Below, piece after piece: positions 8,761-17,548 of a stretch of 64,000 bases of DNA (position 1 is its first letter; each line of letters begins with the position of its first letter). This stretch comes from Leptospiraceae bacterium (lineage in GTDB: Bacteria > Spirochaetota > Leptospiria > Leptospirales > Leptonemataceae). The notes below the pieces were generated by a model. It did not search any database. It saw nothing but the letters and a program-made list of their open reading frames with translations, and was not told the origin of the DNA. The translations under genes and the position numbers were made by a program. The DNA is taken from NCBI GenBank assembly GCA_025059995.1, contig JANXCF010000005.1, positions 124,006 to 188,005 of the forward strand, read 5' to 3'.

Positions 8761-9696
8761 ATGAGTAAGAAATTTACATTACTTTTGGCTATCTCTTTTG
8801 TTTTTGTAGGAGCATTGTATTCCCAAAGTGCGTATTTAGGCTATGGTTTAGGGGTGCAATTTAACGTTGGCGATCTTGGTTCTACCATTACGAAAGATGG
8901 ATTGGATAACGCTATAGGTGATCAAAAAATCATCATTCCCGAGAACACAATTGATGTGTGGTCAAAAAGTGGCTTTGCTAAGGCAAAGATTAGTGGTGCC
9001 ATGCATGGTGGTATTTTGAATGTTTTCTATGAACGAGAATCTACTTCTACTTTCTGGAGAGTAGGTCTTGAATACACAAAAAAGATTTTAGGTGGAAAGA
9101 CCTCAGCGAGTATCTTAGGGATCTATCAAAATGTAAGTCAAAATTGGGATTTCGTAAGTTACTACATTCCCTTTATTTACGGTATCAAAGCGGGGGTGGG
9201 TGAAGCTTCTTCTGTCTATGGTGGTATTGGTATTAATTACCATCGTGGTGGATGGTCCTTGAGTGGAACTGTGGATGGAGCTACGCCTTGTTTTGTCGGC
9301 TTACAATTCGGAACTTACTTACTTTGTGGTTTCGGACCTTGGGGTGATGCCGAGTTAAGAACAGCAGTTGCATTTGCACGTCAACAAAATTTACCAACAT
9401 CGTCTATACTTAATACGGTTGATCAATCGAAGTTTTATCGAGGAGCTATTTTTGGTGAGAAGGTTGTTTTTGATGTTAATGGCGTAGGTTATAATTTAGT
9501 GATTGGTTTTGAAAATAGGCTCCAAAACAAAAGCAAATTCTACATCGAAATCGAATACTTTGTTGGTGGTGGAATGGATAATGCACCCGTGCAAGCTATT
9601 GGAACCATTTCTCAATTGGCTTCTACGGGAAACCTTTCTTATCCTGTGAATCTTAGCGGTATTCGTTGGAAATTAGGTCTCAAACAACCCCTCTAA
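8761..9696 (+). CDS. OmpL1-like outer-membrane porin
   Basis: Signal peptide MSKKFTLLLAISFVFVGALYSQ. Segments LGSTITKDGLD, FWRVGLEYTKKILGG and GIGINYHRGGWSLSG match my recollection of Leptospira OmpL1. Alternating beta-strand pattern. Needs a database check. Confidence 0.55.
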   Translation: MSKKFTLLLAISFVFVGALYSQSAYLGYGLGVQFNVGDLGSTITKDGLDNAIGDQKIIIPENTIDVWSKSGFAKAKISGAMHGGILNVFYERESTSTFWRVGLEYTKKILGGKTSASILGIYQNVSQNWDFVSYYIPFIYGIKAGVGEASSVYGGIGINYHRGGWSLSGTVDGATPCFVGLQFGTYLLCGFGPWGDAELRTAVAFARQQNLPTSSILNTVDQSKFYRGAIFGEKVVFDVNGVGYNLVIGFENRLQNKSKFYIEIEYFVGGGMDNAPVQAIGTISQLASTGNLSYPVNLSGIRWKLGLKQPL

Positions 9697-9701
9697 AATT
9701 C

Positions 9702-9723
9702 CATCCCCCCAATTCGGGGGATG
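9702..9723 (+). terminator. putative terminator hairpin after the porin gene
   Basis: CATCCCCC-CAATTC-GGGGGATG, an 8-bp G/C-rich stem 6 nt after the stop. The following T-tract is weak. Confidence 0.45.
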
Positions 9724-9869
9724 ATTCCTGTCCTTCAACATTCACTCAAAAAAATTTAATTTCATCATAATATAAGAATTCCCCATCCTAATATTGATTT
9801 AGTTTTCTAAATATAAACTCAAAATTGAATAACTATTGATTAAAAAAAATAACTAAATAGAATTGTTTT

Positions 9870-10343
9870 GTGTTAAAACAAATATACGGTGATTTCGTTC
9901 AGAGATTGATACACGAAATTCAGTCATATTACAAAGAAAATTTAGTATCAATAGTTCTGTTTGGTTCAGTAGCAAGAGGAGTGTTTCGTAATGACTCTGA
10001 TATTGACGTTCTTATTGTTTGTGAGGTTTTACCTCGAGGAGCTACAAAACGAATGGAAGAATTTTTATTGATTGAAGATCGCTTGGAGAATGAACTTCGT
10101 GATTTACGAAAAAAAGAAGTTTGGATTCAAATCTCACCTGTTTTGAAAACAAAAGAAGAAGTTCTTTTGGGAAGTCCCTTATTTTTGGATTTTGTTTTCG
10201 ATGCGAAAATCTTGTATGATAAAGAAAATTTTTTCAATCATTATATTTCCCAATTCAAACGAAAGCTCGAACAATCAGGAGCAAAACGAATCCAAAAAGA
10301 TATGCATTGGTACTGGATTTTAGATCCAAAATTGGATTTATGA
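9870..10343 (+). CDS. minimal nucleotidyltransferase (MNT/KNTase-type) domain protein
   Basis: Pol-beta superfamily signature LFGSVARGVFRNDSDIDVLIV (GS..RG...D.D). GTG start. Stop overlaps the next gene's ATG (ATGA). Confidence 0.8.
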   Translation: MLKQIYGDFVQRLIHEIQSYYKENLVSIVLFGSVARGVFRNDSDIDVLIVCEVLPRGATKRMEEFLLIEDRLENELRDLRKKEVWIQISPVLKTKEEVLLGSPLFLDFVFDAKILYDKENFFNHYISQFKRKLEQSGAKRIQKDMHWYWILDPKLDL

Positions 10344-10753
10344 CATTTGAGGGCTTAGCCAAAAGTTATTTCGAAAAAGCTATGGTAAGGCTTGAGGTTT
10401 TATATTTTCTCAAGGAAAAAAAAGCCTTTTCGGACGTGGTTCGAGAAGCTCAAGAAGCTGTGGAGTTAGCGACAAAAGGAATGCTACGAATGAAAGGTAT
10501 TGAACCTCCAAAGTATCATGATGTAAGTTATTTAATTCTTGAACTCAGACAAACTTTTCATGAGCTACAAGATCACGAAATACACGAGTTGGTGCGAATT
10601 TCCAAACGATTACGGAAAGAACGAGAATTGGCGTTTTATGGTGATGTGGATTTTATCCCGACTATCGAATATAAAGAAAGTGATGCCTTGCAAGCCATTC
10701 AAGAAACTGAATTTGTTATCAATGTGGCAAAAAAGATATTTTCAATAGAATGA
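10340..10753 (+). CDS. HEPN-domain protein partnered with the nucleotidyltransferase
   Basis: All-helical. ELATKGMLRMKGIEPPKYHDVSYLI and RKERELAFYGD match the PF05168-type HEPN pattern. ATG at 10340 overlaps the TGA at 10341-10343. I found no RX4HXY motif. Confidence 0.7.
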   Translation: MTFEGLAKSYFEKAMVRLEVLYFLKEKKAFSDVVREAQEAVELATKGMLRMKGIEPPKYHDVSYLILELRQTFHELQDHEIHELVRISKRLRKERELAFYGDVDFIPTIEYKESDALQAIQETEFVINVAKKIFSIE

Positions 10754-10776
10754 TCATTTAATATTTACTTCATACT

Positions 10777-11706
10777 TTATGTGTCATTCAAAATGTCTCG
10801 AACTTTCAACCATACATCTTTTGCTTCATCAAAAGGAATGAGATCCAGGATCATCCAATCATGCTGCATGTAAGGATATTCATAAAAATAAAAAGAAGGA
10901 TGTGGATTTTTAAAGAAGAACTCTTTTGCATCAGGAAAAAGAATATCGTGGGTTCCCATGAATAGATGAATTTCAGGAAGAAAATCATATGGATGGTATA
11001 GAGGGCTTACTTCGGGGTTTTTGGGATTGTTTTCACTGTATAGTTTTCCCGCCATCATCAGTCCGTTTCTCGTGAGTATGAAATCTTTTGATTCAATATT
11101 TTCTATTTTAGGATTTTCCATAGATAAATCAACCCAAGGGGAAAACAAAATGACTTTTTTGGGCATTTCATCTTTCGAAAGTTTTTGTAAAAGGACTAAA
11201 GCCAAATTCCCTCCCGCAGAATCACCTATAATGATGATGTCTTTTTCGTTCGTTTTTAGGTAATCATAAAAATTCTTACAGAATGCGATGATTTCTTTGT
11301 ATTTATAGTGAGGGACGGTAGGATAATCTGGTGCGTAAATGATTGCTGAAGAAATCTTCTGAAGTTTTTTTATCATGAGCCAATGAAAGAGATAAAAGCT
11401 TCGTAGAAAAGCACCCCCATGAAGAACAAGAATCAAGATCGAGATTTTCTCTTCTTTTTGAGGATTAAAAACAAATACATTTCTATTTTGAAAGGATTGA
11501 ACTTGATACGTCTTTTTTGAAAACATGAACTTTGGAGGTTTTGGGAATTCATATATTTCTTTGGAGATTTTTTTCGATTTTTGATAACTATTCATTGCTT
11601 TTTCAAAGGCAAATTTCTTTCGTTGGATCTTCAAGAGTAATTCCAGAAGTTTGCTCAAATATGATGGTGAATTTGGGTGTATATAGTAGTTAGGCGTTTC
11701 TTTCAT
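10777..11706 (-). CDS. alpha/beta hydrolase (hormone-sensitive-lipase-like esterase family)
   Basis: Oxyanion motif VLHGGAF, nucleophile elbow GDSAGG, C-terminal His in MQHDW. Start overlaps the stop of the upstream hldD. Confidence 0.75.
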   Translation of the reverse strand: MKETPNYYIHPNSPSYLSKLLELLLKIQRKKFAFEKAMNSYQKSKKISKEIYEFPKPPKFMFSKKTYQVQSFQNRNVFVFNPQKEEKISILILVLHGGAFLRSFYLFHWLMIKKLQKISSAIIYAPDYPTVPHYKYKEIIAFCKNFYDYLKTNEKDIIIIGDSAGGNLALVLLQKLSKDEMPKKVILFSPWVDLSMENPKIENIESKDFILTRNGLMMAGKLYSENNPKNPEVSPLYHPYDFLPEIHLFMGTHDILFPDAKEFFFKNPHPSFYFYEYPYMQHDWMILDLIPFDEAKDVWLKVRDILNDT

Positions 11707-12712
11707 CTTGCATTAAGTAATTCTGAACGTAATCCATCACAGCTTCTCGTAAAGGGGTGATAGTCTCGTGATAACCAGAGGCTCGTAATTTCTCGATAGG
11801 TGCTTGCGTATAATACTGGTATGATTTTCTTAAATCCTCTGGCATTTCTATAAATTCAATGTTTTTTGGTATCTTCATAGCTTCAAAGATGGGTTCAACT
11901 AATTCCAACCATGTAGATGCTTTACCGCTTCCAATATTGAAAATCCCAGAAGCTGTTGGATTTTCCAAGATAAAAAACACTGTCATTTTAGCTGCATCTT
12001 TTACATAAAGAAAATCCCTCATTTGCTTGCCGTCTTCGAAGTCAGGATGATAACTCTTAAAGAGCTGAATCTTTCCCGTCATACGAATCTGTCGAAAACC
12101 TTTTAAAACCATAGATTGCATATTTCCCTTGTGATATTCATTAGGTCCGAAAACATTAAAATATTTGAGTCCAACAAACAGATTCGTATGTTCGAAAAAG
12201 CCATTTCTTTTTAACCACAAATCAAAAAGATGTTTCGAGTATCCATAAGGATTTAATGGTTGAAGTTTTTCTAGATCTTCGATGTTATCATCAAATCCCA
12301 TTTTTCCATCTCCATACGTAGCAGCACTTGATGCGTAAATCATTCGGATATTGTATTGGTATGCTTTGATGGCTAATTGCTTTGAGTATTCGTAATTATT
12401 TTTTATTAAGTACGAGGCGTCTTTTTCAGTAGTAGATGAACACGCACCTAAATGAAAAATGGCTTTAACATCTTGAAGAAATGAGTTATTTTCAATCATT
12501 TTTAAAAACTCTTCTTTTTCGTAGTAGTCAACAAATCTGAGGTTTCGTAGATTTTTCCATTTTTCTGATTTTCCTAAATGATCCACACAGATAATTTGCT
12601 CAATGCCATTTTGATTTAATTCACGAACGACCGCACTTCCAATAAAACCCGCAGCTCCTGTAACAATATAAAGTAATTTCTTTCGTTCCCTTTCCCTAAA
12701 GAAAAAATACAT
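11690..12712 (-). CDS. hldD: ADP-L-glycero-D-manno-heptose 6-epimerase
   Basis: IVTGAAGFIGS Rossmann motif. FHLGACSSTTE, YASSAATYGDG and NPYGYSK closely parallel E. coli HldD/RfaD. ATG at 12712 preferred over TTG at 12721, but the start is uncertain. Confidence 0.85.
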   Translation of the reverse strand: MYFFFRERERKKLLYIVTGAAGFIGSAVVRELNQNGIEQIICVDHLGKSEKWKNLRNLRFVDYYEKEEFLKMIENNSFLQDVKAIFHLGACSSTTEKDASYLIKNNYEYSKQLAIKAYQYNIRMIYASSAATYGDGKMGFDDNIEDLEKLQPLNPYGYSKHLFDLWLKRNGFFEHTNLFVGLKYFNVFGPNEYHKGNMQSMVLKGFRQIRMTGKIQLFKSYHPDFEDGKQMRDFLYVKDAAKMTVFFILENPTASGIFNIGSGKASTWLELVEPIFEAMKIPKNIEFIEMPEDLRKSYQYYTQAPIEKLRASGYHETITPLREAVMDYVQNYLMQDERNA

Positions 12713-12863
12713 AAAAAACAAAATCCCATCAAAAGAGGTAGCGTCAAAATCTTTTATTATGATTTTTTAAAAATATCCCAAATGTTTATTTTCTAAAAAG
12801 TATTTGCTTATTGACTCCGTTTTTGTTATTTTGTTATCGAAAAATTTTCTTTGGTGTCGGGTG

Positions 12864-13268
12864 ATGATGACTTCTCTTATGAAGTATTTTTATCTTTGGC
12901 TTATGATCGTTTTTGTTCTAAGTTGTGCATCTACAAATGCGGGGATAGCCTCATCAAACATACCGATCAATCCAGCTGTGACTGAAATTCAATACATTAC
13001 AACAGATACAGTTCGGAAGGACTGGTGGGTATTTGATGTGGGTGTTTTCGGCTTGCCTTTGGAAGAACCTCCCATAGATGAAGCCCTCAAAGAATTACAA
13101 CAAAAACACGAAGGGGATGCTTTGATTAACATCAGGTATTATACCCAACGGTCTGTTTTTTTGATGTTATCAAAGAATTCTATTATCATAAAAGCCGATG
13201 TAGTAAAACTCATTCCCAAGACGACTCCGCCACCAGAACCCAAAGACACGCGGGAACGAAAGCGATAA
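12864..13268 (+). CDS. small lipoprotein (paralogue A)
   Basis: Signal plus lipobox MKYFYLWLMIVFVLSC. Shares the EGDALINIRYY ... IIIKADVVKL architecture with the next gene. Start uncertain (12864 or 12879). Confidence 0.55.
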   Translation: MMTSLMKYFYLWLMIVFVLSCASTNAGIASSNIPINPAVTEIQYITTDTVRKDWWVFDVGVFGLPLEEPPIDEALKELQQKHEGDALINIRYYTQRSVFLMLSKNSIIIKADVVKLIPKTTPPPEPKDTRERKR

Positions 13269-13270
13269 CT

Positions 13271-13705
13271 ATGAGGAAGTTTTCGCTTTTATGGTTGGTT
13301 TCCTTTTCTTTTTGTGTTGAGACAGGTTATATCGATAGTATGTTGATTGTGCCAGAAGCATCGAATCTTTATCGGGATGATCTTTATGTGGTTTGTCCAA
13401 AAGAAATTCCTCGATCTCAAGAACAAGAAGAAACTTCATTTTCTATTGAATACGTACCTTTGCGAGATTACAAAGGAGGATGTGATGTTCAGGGGGAAGT
13501 GTCTCAGTTTTATTTATTTCATTTGATCCCAATATCGGGAAGTTTGGATCCAGAATATGCTCTGGGTACCATGGTCCAAAAATATGAAGGAGATACCATC
13601 ATCAATATTCGTGCATGGCATGAAAGTCATTATTATAACGTTTTAGGGCAGGTTCGCCTTTTAAAACTAAAAGGAACGGTCATTAAGTTTCAAATACCAC
13701 GATGA
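13271..13705 (+). CDS. small lipoprotein (paralogue B)
   Basis: Signal MRKFSLLWLVSFSFC. YEGDTIINIRAWHE ... LKLKGTVIKF parallels paralogue A. Only 2 nt from the upstream stop. Confidence 0.55.
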   Translation: MRKFSLLWLVSFSFCVETGYIDSMLIVPEASNLYRDDLYVVCPKEIPRSQEQEETSFSIEYVPLRDYKGGCDVQGEVSQFYLFHLIPISGSLDPEYALGTMVQKYEGDTIINIRAWHESHYYNVLGQVRLLKLKGTVIKFQIPR

Positions 13706-13992
13706 GGGCTCCAAATTTGATTTTATTTGGAATTTTGGTTTTAAGTTCATATTGTGTAGTTGAGGATGCTTCCATAAATTTTGTGGATGCGTATATAGAA
13801 ATCCAAAAAGCAGTAGAATACAAACAGAAAGAATGTGGGAATCGTCCACCCAATGATTTTATCCCACCCCCAAATATTGACGAAGATAGCTTACGATTAT
13901 GTAGCTTATATATCTTGAGGTTGCCTTGTCCCTTTGATGAATATCCAATTTATTGTTATGATTTATACTGGAATGTTATATTTAAAGAATAA
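13702..13992 (+). CDS. small exported Cys-containing protein
   Basis: ATGA overlap with the upstream gene. Signal-like MRAPNLILFGILVLSSYC. Five further Cys. No recognised family. Confidence 0.45.
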   Translation: MRAPNLILFGILVLSSYCVVEDASINFVDAYIEIQKAVEYKQKECGNRPPNDFIPPPNIDEDSLRLCSLYILRLPCPFDEYPIYCYDLYWNVIFKE

Positions 13993-16462
13993 ATTAGCAT
14001 TTTTGTTGTTTTTGTTTTTGTTGATGGTTAAGAGTGTTTATGGTTTTGAAGTAACTATTCAGGTTTTTGATGCAAAGCGACAGCCTGTCTCTGATGCAAG
14101 GGTGATTATCGCCGAGACAAAAGAATTTAAATTCACTGACAAAGAAGGAAAGGCAGTTTTTGATATTCCTCAGCCTGGATTTTATCAAGTTCGAGTGGTA
14201 TTACCAGATGGAAATGTATTACAGCCTTCTGTTCAAGTATTAGGGAAAGGTCAGCTCATACCCCTTTACACTTCTGAGCCAAAACCAGAAAGAACTCCCA
14301 GAGAACAAATTGTTTCGGATCAAGGTGTGATTGTTGTAGGAAGAAGAGAACTTCCTCCCTCTTCTGTATATACTGTTCGATTAGATCAAATCAAACGACT
14401 TCCTGGTCAATTTGGAGAAGCCATCCGAGGGATTGAAAATTTGCCCGGAGTTGTGGCACCTCCTTTTGGTTCGGGTGAGGTAGCATTAAGGGGTTCTAAT
14501 CCCGATTCGAATTCTTTCTACGTTGATGATTTACCCATTGCTTTTGCTTATCACTTAGGAGGGTTGAGCTCTGTAATTCAAAATGAATTCATCCAAAGTA
14601 TAGACGTATATACGGGATCTTATCCTGCCAAATACGGAGATGCCACAGGGGGTGTGATTGCCATTTTTACTCCTGATGAGGTAGAACGAACCAATGGAGT
14701 TGCTTCCATTAGTGTTTGGGCTACGAATTTGCTTTTACAAGTTCCTTATCAAAATTCGAGTTATGTTGTTTTAGGAGGTAAGGTCTCGTATTTGGATCAG
14801 ACACTGCGTCCCCTTTTACCCAAAACCATAACGTTAGTGCCGAAGTATCAAGATTTACAAATCAAAATCAAACATCAATTGTCGAATACTCAGTCTCTAT
14901 TTTTTTATGTGATTGGCTCAAGAGATTCTTTTGTAGCAAGAATCAAAGAAAAACCATTTGAAAACCCTCTGAAAGAACCACCGCCAGATTTGATAGGACT
15001 GCGTGGAGCTGTTGATCGGGATTTCATAACAACTGCGATACGCCATCGCTTTCAGCCTTCATCGTTTTTTCAAAACGAGACAACTCTCATTTATTATACC
15101 CGTAGAGTCTATATTGATGCTTCGATTGGAAATATCAGTGCGAAATTTACAAGAACGGACGGCTATGGAGCTCTTAGAAACGAAACAAGATTGGGGTTGA
15201 TTGAGAATTTGTTAAACTTTGAATTTGGAGTAGAACTACGAAATCTTATCTATAACAATAAAGGAGAGTTTCCAAGGCCAAAAGATCCCTTAAATCCAAA
15301 TCCTGATCCCTATAAAATTGATCCTCCAGATTACGAAAAGGTACCCGTGAACGATTCTTTCTTCTCACCTTTTTCGGTGGCATATGGGATTTTAGTTTTT
15401 AAGAACCGTTGGTTGGAGTTTCGTCCGGGAATACGCTATGAATACTTTTCATTGAATAAACAAGCAGTTCTGGTGCCAAGGGGATCTTTTGCCATCAGAT
15501 TGACAGAAAACTTGAAGTTGATTGGAGGTGGTGGAATATATCATCGGGTGCCAAGTCCGAATGAATACTCACCCACATCTGGAAATCCCAATCTACGATT
15601 CGAAAAGGCTTCTCACACCTCAGGAGGGTTTGAGTACCAATGGAGAGATTGGCTTTTTCGAGTGGAAGGTTTCAAACAATATTATGATGATTTAGTTATC
15701 CAAGACCCCTACATTACGACTCCCATCAAGATCAATCAGGATCCTATCCGAAAATACGAAGAACCCATTTTGTTCAATGCTCCCCTTTATTTTTCGAACA
15801 GGGGTGATGGACGTTCCTATGGTGCTGAGGTGTTTATCCGATTTGATCCTCCACGCTCAAAAGGATTGTATGGCTGGCTTTCTTACACTCACAGTGTGTC
15901 GAAACGTCGTGATCATTTACGCAGACTAACAGAAGACGAGAAAAAACAAGTAATTAGTGCAAACGAGAGAAGACTATGGCAATATTACGATAATTCAAAA
16001 CTAATCTCTGCTGATTTCGATCGAAGACATCTTGTGAGATTAATCATAGGCTGGAAAATCAATCCTACTTATCAAATTGGCATACGCTGGCGATACCAAA
16101 CATCACCACCCTATACTGTAGTTGTAGGAGATGACGGCGGCAAAAACAAAAACAATGGTCGACCTTTATTCCAACCAAAACTTTCTGAAGAAACTAATAC
16201 TTTTCGTTCGAAACCCTATCATAGCTTAGATATTCGTTTTGATAAATTTGTTAATTATGAATGGGGTTATGGAAATATTTTCGTTGAACTCATTAATGTG
16301 TATTTACGTCAAAACATAGGTGGATTTGCTTTCAATCGAGCTTTGCCCTTTACTCCTATCAATCCAAGGCCAGCCCCTGAATTTGGAACTTTAGAAATCA
16401 CGCAAGGAAAACGAAAAATTCGAATTCCCTTATTCAACTTAGGTTTTGAGGTAAAGTTCTGA
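13973..16462 (+). CDS. TonB-dependent receptor-like outer-membrane protein with an N-terminal carboxypeptidase-regulatory-like domain
   Basis: Signal MLYLKNKLAFLLFLFLLMVKSVYG. Ig-like FEVTIQVFDAKRQPVSDARVII...GFYQVRVVLPDG. Plug motifs IENLPGVV...ALRGSNPDSNSFYVDDLP...YGDATGGVIAIFT. Long barrel ending in ...GFEVKF. Confidence 0.8.
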   Translation: MLYLKNKLAFLLFLFLLMVKSVYGFEVTIQVFDAKRQPVSDARVIIAETKEFKFTDKEGKAVFDIPQPGFYQVRVVLPDGNVLQPSVQVLGKGQLIPLYTSEPKPERTPREQIVSDQGVIVVGRRELPPSSVYTVRLDQIKRLPGQFGEAIRGIENLPGVVAPPFGSGEVALRGSNPDSNSFYVDDLPIAFAYHLGGLSSVIQNEFIQSIDVYTGSYPAKYGDATGGVIAIFTPDEVERTNGVASISVWATNLLLQVPYQNSSYVVLGGKVSYLDQTLRPLLPKTITLVPKYQDLQIKIKHQLSNTQSLFFYVIGSRDSFVARIKEKPFENPLKEPPPDLIGLRGAVDRDFITTAIRHRFQPSSFFQNETTLIYYTRRVYIDASIGNISAKFTRTDGYGALRNETRLGLIENLLNFEFGVELRNLIYNNKGEFPRPKDPLNPNPDPYKIDPPDYEKVPVNDSFFSPFSVAYGILVFKNRWLEFRPGIRYEYFSLNKQAVLVPRGSFAIRLTENLKLIGGGGIYHRVPSPNEYSPTSGNPNLRFEKASHTSGGFEYQWRDWLFRVEGFKQYYDDLVIQDPYITTPIKINQDPIRKYEEPILFNAPLYFSNRGDGRSYGAEVFIRFDPPRSKGLYGWLSYTHSVSKRRDHLRRLTEDEKKQVISANERRLWQYYDNSKLISADFDRRHLVRLIIGWKINPTYQIGIRWRYQTSPPYTVVVGDDGGKNKNNGRPLFQPKLSEETNTFRSKPYHSLDIRFDKFVNYEWGYGNIFVELINVYLRQNIGGFAFNRALPFTPINPRPAPEFGTLEITQGKRKIRIPLFNLGFEVKF

Positions 16463-16962
16463 TGAGAAAAATAGTAGTATTGATTATACTTTTCTTTTGG
16501 AGCTGTGAGCAGTCTCCAAAATACGAAGAAAAAGAGAACCTAAGAAATCTCTATGTGTTTGTCAATCTACTACCCACCGAAGAAAAACTCAAGGAAATTT
16601 GTATTGACTCCGAAAAACAAGCATTGAATTGTTCTGGTCTCAATCAATTTTCTTATTTTGGAATTATAAGTAAATTTTATAAAATTACTATAACTTCTTC
16701 ATCACCTGAGGTTTATTGTGATTCCTTGATACGTTCAGAAATTTTCGAAGAAGGAAAGTTCAGCTTAGATGCTAGAAGATGCCACTTTGATTGTAATCAG
16801 AAGTTCTGGCAGTCAAAAGAAAACTGTAGCTCTTCTGTTACTTTAGAAGAATATTCAAAGTGTTTACCGGGGATTTGGGCAGTCCAATGTGAAAATGTAA
16901 GCTTCAAACGTTGCTTACGTAATTGTTTCGAAAATGGAGATCCAATCTGGTTCATTCAGTGA
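16462..16962 (+). CDS. Cys-rich lipoprotein
   Basis: 1-nt overlap with the receptor stop. Lipobox LIILFFWSC. Many additional Cys spread through the mature part. No recognised family. Confidence 0.5.
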   Translation: MRKIVVLIILFFWSCEQSPKYEEKENLRNLYVFVNLLPTEEKLKEICIDSEKQALNCSGLNQFSYFGIISKFYKITITSSSPEVYCDSLIRSEIFEEGKFSLDARRCHFDCNQKFWQSKENCSSSVTLEEYSKCLPGIWAVQCENVSFKRCLRNCFENGDPIWFIQ

Positions 16963-17497
16963 TATCTTTTGAGATGATTTCTTCGATTTCTTCTTCTCTA
17001 AACCCCAAATATAGAAGTTTGTTGTAAATTTTTTGTTTTCTTTTGGTAGGTGGTATGTTTGATAAACTTTTCTGAAGGGACTTCAAGACCTGAAGGGCTT
17101 TGTTTTTCCAAAACTCAGATGGAATATTTGCTAATTCTTCTTGTATATGTTCCTCATGGTAGCCTTCTTGAAGAAGCAGAAATTTAATTTTATGATAACC
17201 CAAGTGGTTTTCCAAGTGAAGTTGCATTCGTAATTTTAAACTTGTTTTATAATTCCAAAGATTTTGATTTTCTAAATATTTCAAAAAGTCTTGAAAATCA
17301 AAGGACAAGTTCTTTTGTTCATTTAGGTCCATTTTCCTAAGTTTTTTCAATATCGATGAGGGTGGAGTAGATGGCGAAATTTTCGATAACTTTGACACCA
17401 CATATTGATAAAAATCCTGATTTTGAAATCGCTTAAAATCAAAATGATAAACATTTTTTTCTTTTCTCAAAAATGAATATAAATCATCTTTTGGCAT
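16952..17497 (-). CDS. recX: RecX-like regulatory protein
   Basis: Repeated three-helix modules. KIKFLLLQEGYHEEHIQEEL and KIYNKLLYLGFREEEIEEII parallel E. coli RecX (IRQELNQKGI..., IQRFLLYRGYLMEDIQDI). recA is not adjacent. Confidence 0.55.
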   Translation of the reverse strand: MPKDDLYSFLRKEKNVYHFDFKRFQNQDFYQYVVSKLSKISPSTPPSSILKKLRKMDLNEQKNLSFDFQDFLKYLENQNLWNYKTSLKLRMQLHLENHLGYHKIKFLLLQEGYHEEHIQEELANIPSEFWKNKALQVLKSLQKSLSNIPPTKRKQKIYNKLLYLGFREEEIEEIISKDITE

Positions 17498-17548
17498 CGA
17501 ATCATAAAAAAATTAAATTGAAAGTTAAGTATATCAAAATTTGATTCC

